Source: Candidatus Latescibacterota bacterium
Lineage (GTDB): Bacteria > Latescibacterota > UBA2968 > UBA8231
Direction: 5' to 3'
Length of the DNA: 64,000 nucleotides
NCBI GenBank assembly: GCA_965248265.1
Contig: CBDFJF010000001.1
Location: forward strand, 1,088,001 to 1,152,000
The position numbers and the translations under genes are program-made. Under the pieces are notes generated by a model that was given only the letters and a program-made list of their open reading frames with translations, made no database searches and was not told the origin of the DNA. Of this stretch, positions 56,764-64,000 are shown piece after piece. Numbering within the stretch: the first letter of the stretch is position 1; each line of letters opens with the position of its first letter.

Positions 56764-59348
56764 CTACTTGAGCAGCAGCAGACTCCTGGTCTGCTGAAAA
56801 GTCCCCGCGCGCATGCGGTACAGGTACACCCCGCTGCCCACGGCCGTGCCCGAGGCGTCGGTTCCGTCCCACAAAACCTGGTAAGCCGCAGGTGACTGGA
56901 CCGCATTGACGAGCGTGGTTACCTGCTGGCCCATCAGGTTGAAGATGGTCAGCTCAATCCGCGTCGCCTCAGGCACCTGATACACGATCGCCGTCTGCGC
57001 GTTAAATGGATTGGGGAAGTTGGCCATCAAGCGGAAGTCTGCCGGCAACGCCGCGACATCCTCCAGCACGGACGTTGCCATGGACAAGGTCAACCGGCCT
57101 TCGCCGGCCAGCTGCAGGGTGACAATGCCGTTACTGACAGAGGTTCCTTCGAGCGTGCCAGCGAATTCGGCCGACTCGACGGCACCCACCAGCGGCACGG
57201 AGAGCTCGTACCCCGAGTCGGGTCCACGCACGTAGCCGTCGAGCCCGGTCGGGCTGATTTCGACACTGATATCGACAGCTTCAGTGGCCTGGAAATTCAG
57301 CTCATCCGCAGTTGTCAAAAAAGTTCCGTCCTGGACGCAGAAGCCGGTGACTTCCACTCCGTCGATGCGCGCCAGACCGAACACGCCGTCGCTGTGTGTG
57401 TTCCCAGCCGGGCCTTCAAAACGACCTCCGTGGAAGACGCGTCGCGGACCCACGCGATATCCTGGCCGGCACCGATCGAAACCTGGAGCGCCTGTCCACC
57501 ATCGTTCGCCACTTCCGCAAGAGTTGGCTCACCCTGATCCAACGATCGCGGATAGAGGATGGTCAGGAACTCCGCATTGTCCCCATTCTGCTCAACCTGC
57601 AGCACGGTATGAGTCGGCTCCTCCAGAAAATCGAAGGAATGCACAGCCTCATCTTCGCTGAAGGTCTCACCGGCACTGGCAGTCGTGTAGGCCAGCAACT
57701 CGGCGTTCGTCTGGGTCCATCGTGCCAGATTCCCCTCACGGGCGTAGGTGCCGCCCCCGTCGCCACCTCCATGTCCATGCAGCCGGAACTGGTAGGTATG
57801 CGTCTGGTCGTCTCTGAGTTCGTCGGCAATGACGAAATACTCACTGTCGGTGAACAGAACACGTCGACGCACGTCGACGTCTGCGTAGGACGCATTGACT
57901 TCGGCGTAATCTCCGAAAGCGCTGGTGAAAAACTCCTCCAGGAAGGCGTCGTTGCCCCCATCGATTGATTCGCCTTCGACGATCGCGTTGGGAGGTCCCT
58001 CACCGTCGACGAGGATGACGTTGTGATTGAGACCCCGGTTCACCCGGTTGTGATTGGTGAAGTTGATGTAGCCGGCGTCCAGGGCGAGCATCTCGCCGCC
58101 GGCGTATATGATGAAGCTGGTCTCATCAGCGTGCTCGTGGCCCAGGCCCTGAGACCGTGCGCGTCCGTGTTCGCCGCGCAACAGCATGTAGGTGGCCTGC
58201 TGCGACCAGTCGCTGCGGAAGACGGCGTCGCCTGCTTCGGGCATGAACAGGGTCGGGCCGTGATCCGGCTCCTGCGCCGCCACGGCGTCGTCATAAACAG
58301 CAATCGCATCCATCTCGGAGAACTCACGCACGTACAAACCGCGAGAATTGTTCTCCCAGTCCCAGCGATTTACGCCCCCGCTTTCGTAAGCTGCCGATAA
58401 GTAATGACCATAAAAATCATCAATGTGCCCGTCCTCGATGTTCGGACGTCGCCCATTGGGCAAGCGCAGGTTCAACGACCACTGGTGCATCTTCTGTACG
58501 CGTGAGTCGATCAGCAGATCGGTGCCCGTGAGATTCTTGAGGGCAAACATGTACGGCAGGTACACATCGGCCGCGTAGCGGCTATAGAACGGACCTTCGG
58601 CATAACCGCCGTCGTCATCTATTTGATGCCACAGGGACCGGGTGACCAGATCGAAGGCCCGGTCGGACCAGTCCTGGGGCGTGTTGGCCAGCCCGGTATG
58701 TCCACTCAATGCCATGGCGGCCAAGCCCAACCCGCCATAGGCGCGCACGTGCCAGTTGTCGAGGTGAACTATACTCAGATCCCTGGGATCCGGTGTCTGG
58801 TGCAGGCGGATGACGATATCGTCGAAAAAAGGAACCGGGATCGTGAGAATGACGATACCCTCGTACAGCCGCTGTGCCTCCTCGGCAAGGATGGCGCGAA
58901 TCTCTTCCAGCGACTCGGCATCGCCGGCGACGAAATCGTGGATCATGTCGTAGGCCACGGCGTAGATGGCGACGACTTCGCCTTCGTTGTGCGGCTCGCC
59001 CAGATCGCCACCCCTTGGCGGAAACTGCATCTCCTTGAGCACCTCGACTGCGCGATCCGCGTAGGCGACATCGTCCGTCATCAGGTAGGCAAAGGCCAGG
59101 CTCTTGGCGAAGCGAGCCTTGCTGCGCTCCTCCGTGAAGCTCTCGGGCGTGGACTCGGCGCGGGCCTGAACCGTCTGCCACCAGGTGGCGTAGGGCTCGC
59201 GCTGAATGCGCTCCTTGAGTACGGAAATATCGTCACTCGTGAACAGCAAACCGGGGTGCTGCTCGGTTGGCAGTGTCTGTGCCGGCAAATCGTGAGGAGC
59301 CATGGTCGCAAGCGCCACGATCGCGATTACGGTAACTCTGACTCTCAT
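56764..59348 (-). CDS. Heparinase II/III-like polysaccharide lyase with C-terminal FlgD-Ig sorting domain; one frameshift near 57420
   Basis: HPGLLF, NW, DGGYAEGPFY..Y, GHEHAD..SF, LALDAG, HNVILVDG. ORF 56764-57453 supplies the NFPNPFN..SGVYLY tail; the two join if T4 is T5. Confidence 0.8.
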
Positions 59349-59528
59349 CCTCTTTCTTCTCATCCTGGCCTCCAGTACCATATACTAACTCTATCCACCC
59401 ACCGCACCTTGAAGCGTGCGACACAGCCAAACAGCACTGCTCTCGCCATGGTGTTACAGTAGAAAAATCCTTCCCCGGATGAAAGCTGAATTTGATAAGC
59501 CATACCAGATTGATCAGTATTGACACCC

Positions 59529-60497
59529 ATGAATGACACATCGAAGGAACGGCATCAGCAAATGCTGCGCTCGATGCTGACCATCCGTCGCTTCGAAGAG
59601 CGCGCCGCCGCCGACTACCATGCAGGGGCGATATACGGCGTCGTACACTCCTACATTGGTCAGGAAGCGATCGCCGTTGGTGTCTGCACGGCTTTGACCG
59701 GTGAGGACCAGATCATCAGCACCCACCGCGGCCATGGACATTGCCTTGCCAAGGGGGCTGACCTCAATCGTATGATGGCGGAGCTGTACGGCCGCCAAGA
59801 CGGGTACTGCAGGGGCAAGGGAGGCTCCATGCACATCGCCGATTTCAGCATCGGCATGCTGGGGGCCAATGGTATTGTCGCCGGCGGTATTGCCATCATC
59901 ACCGGGGCCGCGCTTGCCGCTCAGATGGATGGTGGAGACCGGGTGGCCGTGGCATTCTTCGGGGAGGGCGCCTCGAACGCGGGACCCTTTCACGAGTCGA
60001 TCAACATCGCCGCCAACTGGAAACTCCCCATTCTTTACGTCTGCGAGAACAATCTCTACGCTTCCAGCACTCCCGCCTCTGAAACGGTATCCACCGGACA
60101 GGTGGTGGCCCGAGCTGCCGGGTACGGGATTCCAGGCGTGACCGTGGACGGCAACGACGTCCTGGCCGTGTTCGCGGCGGCGACGACGGCGGTGGAGCGC
60201 GCCCGTGCCGGCGAAGGTCCTACCCTGATCGAGTGCAAGACCTACCGCCATCGGGCCCACACCGAGCGCTTGGGAGGCGAGGACCGGCGGCCTCCCGACG
60301 AAGTCGACGAATGGAAGCAGAGGGACCCGATCGAGCGCCTGGCCGGGGATTTGTTGCGGCAGGGAGAGCTCACGCAGAGCCAGCGCGACGAGGTGGAGGC
60401 GAGAGTCCTGCAGACCATCGAAGCGGCGGTTGAATTCGCCGAAGCCAGCCCGTTTCCACAACCCGAGGCCGCACTCGAAGACGTCTACGCTGATTGA
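59529..60497 (+). CDS. TPP-dependent dehydrogenase E1 alpha subunit (AcoA/PdhA-like)
   Basis: HSYIGQEA, STHRGHGH, GKGGSMH, GEGA..ENN, ECKTYR. Confidence 0.92.
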   Translation: MNDTSKERHQQMLRSMLTIRRFEERAAADYHAGAIYGVVHSYIGQEAIAVGVCTALTGEDQIISTHRGHGHCLAKGADLNRMMAELYGRQDGYCRGKGGSMHIADFSIGMLGANGIVAGGIAIITGAALAAQMDGGDRVAVAFFGEGASNAGPFHESINIAANWKLPILYVCENNLYASSTPASETVSTGQVVARAAGYGIPGVTVDGNDVLAVFAAATTAVERARAGEGPTLIECKTYRHRAHTERLGGEDRRPPDEVDEWKQRDPIERLAGDLLRQGELTQSQRDEVEARVLQTIEAAVEFAEASPFPQPEAALEDVYAD

Positions 60498-60505
60498 GAG
60501 CTCGA

Positions 60506-61462
60506 ATGCGACAAATCTCCTACATGCAGGCCGGCATGGAAGCCCTCGTGGAAGAGCTGCGGCGCGATTCCATGGCCTTTCACATGGCCACGGATGCGCC
60601 ACCTGCCCTCGTCGAGGAGTTCGGCTCACAGCGCGTGCGCGCCACACCGATCGCCGAGGGCACCTTCACCGGCATCGCGCTCGGAGCAGCCGCTTCCGGC
60701 TATCGCCCGATCGTCAACTGGAGCATGGTGACGTTCTCGTTCGTCGCCATGGACCAGATTGTCAATCAGGCATCCAAGATCCGCTACATGTTCGGCGGCC
60801 AGGGGAAATTTCCCATCACCTTCCGTACTTCAGTAGGAGGTGGCACCAACCTCGCGGCCCAGCACTCCCAGAGTCCCTATTCCATGTTCATGAACGTCGC
60901 CGGGCTCAAGATGGTCCTGCCGGCGACACCCTACGACATGAAGGGGTTGCTCAAATCCGCCATGCGGGATGACAATCCCGTCATATCCTTCGAATCCTCG
61001 CGGCTGATGCAGGTGACCAGCGGTGTGCCGGATGGCGACTACACCGTGGCGCTGGGGGAAGCCGACGTCAAGCGCGAAGGCAGCGACGTCACCATCGTGG
61101 CGCTGGCGTGGCTCGTCCACGAGGCCCTTGAGGCAGCCCAGGTGCTGGCCCGGGAAGGGATCTCGGCCGAAGTCGTCGACCCGCGCACGCTCGTACCCAT
61201 GGATGCTGCCACCATACGCCAATCCGTTCAGAAGACGGGCAGGCTGGTCATTGCCGATGAAGCCGGACCCACGGCTGGCGCCTCGGCAGAGATCGCCGCT
61301 CTGGTTACGGAAGATCCTGAGACTTTTGCTCGCATGACAGCACCGGTGAAGCGCGTCTGCGCGCTTCAGGTACCGATTCCCTACAGCCCCGTGCTCGAGG
61401 ACCATGTCTTTCCAGATCGCCAGCACATCGTCGCTGCCGTTCGCGACCTCGTCGATCCGTAA
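60506..61462 (+). CDS. TPP-dependent dehydrogenase E1 beta subunit (AcoB/PdhB-like)
   Basis: TPIAE, DQIVNQA.K..YMFGG, AAQHSQ, EVVDPRTL.P.D. Confidence 0.92.
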   Translation: MRQISYMQAGMEALVEELRRDSMAFHMATDAPPALVEEFGSQRVRATPIAEGTFTGIALGAAASGYRPIVNWSMVTFSFVAMDQIVNQASKIRYMFGGQGKFPITFRTSVGGGTNLAAQHSQSPYSMFMNVAGLKMVLPATPYDMKGLLKSAMRDDNPVISFESSRLMQVTSGVPDGDYTVALGEADVKREGSDVTIVALAWLVHEALEAAQVLAREGISAEVVDPRTLVPMDAATIRQSVQKTGRLVIADEAGPTAGASAEIAALVTEDPETFARMTAPVKRVCALQVPIPYSPVLEDHVFPDRQHIVAAVRDLVDP

Positions 61463-61498
61463 CTCAATCGATCCGTAACCACGAGAGATTTCATTCCA

Positions 61499-62320
61499 AT
61501 GTCCCATCCACTGTTCGACCTGAGCGGCCGCGTCGCCCTGGTATCGGGTGCGGCCAGCGGCATGGGCAAAGCCATGTCCCTGGCCTTCGCCGAGGCCGGC
61601 GCCGACCTGATGCTGGCCGATATCAACGAAGCCGGCATGGACCAGACAGCCGGTGAGATCGAGCAACTCGGCCGCCGGGCCGTGCCGGTGGTGTGCAATG
61701 TCTCTGACTCGACCCAGATCGGCGCGATGTTCGAACGCCTGGATAGCGAGTTCGGACGCATCGACGTGCTCGGCAATGTCGCCGGCGAGGGTGTCATGCG
61801 GCCCCCGTTGGAACTGAGCGAAGCCGAGCTCGCGCGCGCCTTTCAGAACCTGGTGGTCGGACGCCTGATCTGTTGTCAGCAGGCCGGGAAGCGCATGCTG
61901 GCCGCTGGCCGCGGCAGCATCATCAACATCGTCTCCATCGCCGGTCTCACCGGCCTCGGCCGCAACCATCTGGCCTACAGCATCGCCATGGGGGGCGTCG
62001 CCCAGATGACGCGCGAGTTGAGCACGGAGTGGAGCTCAAAGGGAGTGCGCGTCAACGCCGTGGTCTGCGCCCAGATCACCAATCAGAATTTGCAGGAGCG
62101 CATCGCCGCCGACCCGAAACTGGGTGAAACCTACCTGCGCGGCATCCCTATCGGTCGCATGGGTAAATCGGATGACATCAAGGGATTGGCGATATTCCTG
62201 GCATCCGACGCTTCATCCTGGATCACGGGTGCCATGATGCCGTTGGACGGTGGCAACCTGGCCAAGAACGCGGGCGGATCGCACCCTGGGATGCCGAACG
62301 CGCCCGACGAGCAGACCTAA
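61499..62320 (+). CDS. Short-chain dehydrogenase/reductase
   Basis: SGAASGMG, GRIDVL.N.AG, GSIINIVS, VRVNA, ITG....DGG. Confidence 0.9.
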   Translation: MSHPLFDLSGRVALVSGAASGMGKAMSLAFAEAGADLMLADINEAGMDQTAGEIEQLGRRAVPVVCNVSDSTQIGAMFERLDSEFGRIDVLGNVAGEGVMRPPLELSEAELARAFQNLVVGRLICCQQAGKRMLAAGRGSIINIVSIAGLTGLGRNHLAYSIAMGGVAQMTRELSTEWSSKGVRVNAVVCAQITNQNLQERIAADPKLGETYLRGIPIGRMGKSDDIKGLAIFLASDASSWITGAMMPLDGGNLAKNAGGSHPGMPNAPDEQT

Positions 62321-63249
62321 TCCAGCTCGGAGATTATTCGTTTCAGGTTGGCACAGTTCGTCTGCATGGCCTCTACGTGAGAGCCACTGGGCGGCACGAA
62401 GTGCGTGGCCACGGATACGACGACATCACATTCGTTGTCCCGAAGATTCCGTAGAAGAGTCGGGTAGTCGACGTCCCCCTCCCCGATCGGCATGTAGTCG
62501 AACTTCAGCTTCGGACCATCGACGGTGTGCAGGTCCTTAGCGTGCACGGCATGCAGGTGGGGACGGATATTGGTGAAACCAGCAGTGGCGACGTCGGTCT
62601 CACCGCAGTTGAAGTTGTCCGCCGGGCACCAGATCGCCTTCAGTCGCGGCGATCCGACGGCGTCGAAGATACGGCAAAGATTGCTGGTCGTGTTCGTATA
62701 GTTCCACTGCATCATCAAGAAAGCGATGTCCACACTGTAAATCTCAGCCTGCTCGGCCAGCATGGAGAATGCCTCCACCAGCTTCTCCATATCGACGTCG
62801 GCGATGATGCCGCCACGCGTCGCCCAGCGCATCGGCCAGGTCGGCTTGCCAGCCGTGTATTCGGCTGGCCAGGCGAAGCTGGAGCTGGAGACCGCCCCTA
62901 CCCCGAGCCGTGATGCCACTCCCATCGACTTAGTCAGCTGGTCGAAGTGCTCCTTGAACAGGGCGTGTTCCAGCATCTTGCCGCGCTCGAGTTCTGCGAG
63001 ATGCACTTGCTTGAACAGGGCGCCGCTGTCCAGAAAGAGCAGCCGCAGACCGTGTGAATCCACCAGCCTGGCAACCTCGTCAATCTGCGCGTCCGGCAAC
63101 TCCGAGATCCTGCGCCCGTCATCATAGGTGCCGCACCACACGTAGCTCACCTCCAGGTCGCGAGCCAGCTCCAGCGACTCTTTGAACGGCAACCGTGTTT
63201 CACTGACGTATATCCCCAGCTTGAATTCGTAGCTCGACGAAGCACTCAT
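62317..63249 (-). CDS. Sugar phosphate isomerase/epimerase (xylose isomerase-like TIM barrel)
   Basis: VHAKD, PIGEGDVDY. Start at ATG 63249 after AAGGA. Confidence 0.8.
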   Translation of the reverse strand: MSASSSYEFKLGIYVSETRLPFKESLELARDLEVSYVWCGTYDDGRRISELPDAQIDEVARLVDSHGLRLLFLDSGALFKQVHLAELERGKMLEHALFKEHFDQLTKSMGVASRLGVGAVSSSSFAWPAEYTAGKPTWPMRWATRGGIIADVDMEKLVEAFSMLAEQAEIYSVDIAFLMMQWNYTNTTSNLCRIFDAVGSPRLKAIWCPADNFNCGETDVATAGFTNIRPHLHAVHAKDLHTVDGPKLKFDYMPIGEGDVDYPTLLRNLRDNECDVVVSVATHFVPPSGSHVEAMQTNCANLKRIISELD

Positions 63250-63280
63250 GCGCTCATTGTCCTTTCGTGTTGGGCACGGT

Positions 63281-64000
63281 TCACTTTCTGGATTCCATCC
63301 TGCAAATGGCCAGACTGACGAGGGCTCCGATGGCCAGGTTGACCAGCAGGGCACTCGGGCTGATCCACATAAAACTGATCGGATCTTCACCGGTCTCCGG
63401 GTTCATGCCGAAGATGAGTCCGGAGAACGCGATCAGCACCGCAGTGGTGATGCCGCAGATCGTCCCCACCACGACTCCCACGGGGCGCGCGAAAGGCACG
63501 AACAGGGCGAAGAAAAACAGGCCGAAAATTGGCGTAACCAGCAAATTCGTCGTCTTCGCCGTCACCGCGGTGATGTTCCCGGGCACATGCTCCATGAACG
63601 AGCTCCCGAACACGACGATGGTACCGATGCCGAACGCCAGCCAGCGCGCCACGCGCACGTGCTCCTTTTCCGTCAACGGCTGCCGGCCGAAGCGGTCGAG
63701 AAAATCACTCGTCACCACGGCACAGATGGAGTTGACGCCCGAGTCGACACTGGACATGGCCGCCGCGAACATCGCCGCCACCACCAGACCCGATACCCCG
63801 GCAGGCAGGTGGAAGGAGATAAAATGGGGAAAAATCTTGTCCGCGTTGGTCGCAATGCCGATGCCCTGCGGCAGCACATCACCGTGAACCTTGAAGTAAC
63901 CAAGCAGGGCGAATCCAACGACCGACAGCGCCGTGCCGATCACGGCCCCGACCAACAGCTGGGTGCGCAGAGCACGACGGGCCGCCGCCGCGTCGGAGGT
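63281..64000 (-). CDS. Sodium:solute symporter (5' end outside the window)
   Basis: LP.G..GLVVAAMFAAAMSSVDSGVNS SSS signature; multiple TMs. Confidence 0.9.
   Translation of the reverse strand, partial: TSDAAAARRALRTQLLVGAVIGTALSVVGFALLGYFKVHGDVLPQGIGIATNADKIFPHFISFHLPAGVSGLVVAAMFAAAMSSVDSGVNSICAVVTSDFLDRFGRQPLTEKEHVRVARWLAFGIGTIVVFGSSFMEHVPGNITAVTAKTTNLLVTPIFGLFFFALFVPFARPVGVVVGTICGITTAVLIAFSGLIFGMNPETGEDPISFMWISPSALLVNLAIGALVSLAICRMESRK

Noticed and set aside
1-64000. CRISPR array, tRNA, rRNA, riboswitch
   Set aside because: No regularly spaced repeats or recognisable structured-RNA signatures seen by eye; a covariance-model search would be needed to exclude small RNAs.

Overview
GC-rich bacterial window. 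C-terminal FlgD-Ig-like sorting domains, PhyH dioxygenases and a DUF5916-type protein suggest an FCB-group lineage such as Latescibacterota/Gemmatimonadota (inference only). The region 3.3-28.8 kb is a dense signalling cluster: four family-3 solute-binding protein genes without permeases (two broken by single in-frame stops), a porin, several hybrid histidine kinases including an Amt-PAS-PAS-HK-REC fusion and a YfiR-like-HK fusion behind a TonB-dependent receptor, and a ~10 kb segment with a dead integrase bounded by a diverged direct repeat. The main candidate for an undescribed system has two parts. (i) A three-gene module, HisKA_2 kinase -> REC-GAF -> FapA/DUF342, occurs twice (4.3-8.6 kb +, 52.1-56.5 kb -) with different input domains and no flagellar genes in the window. 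(ii) A sigma54 activator with a 4-Cys GAF sits between two sigma54 promoters; its putative enhancer, GATATATC-N12-GATATATC, recurs with identical spacing 24 kb away in front of a sigma54-type promoter of the second FapA module. The rest is mixed metabolic genes, a HicAB-like pair and several pseudogenes or frameshifts. No rRNA, tRNA or CRISPR array was recognised. All family assignments come from motif recognition, not database searches.
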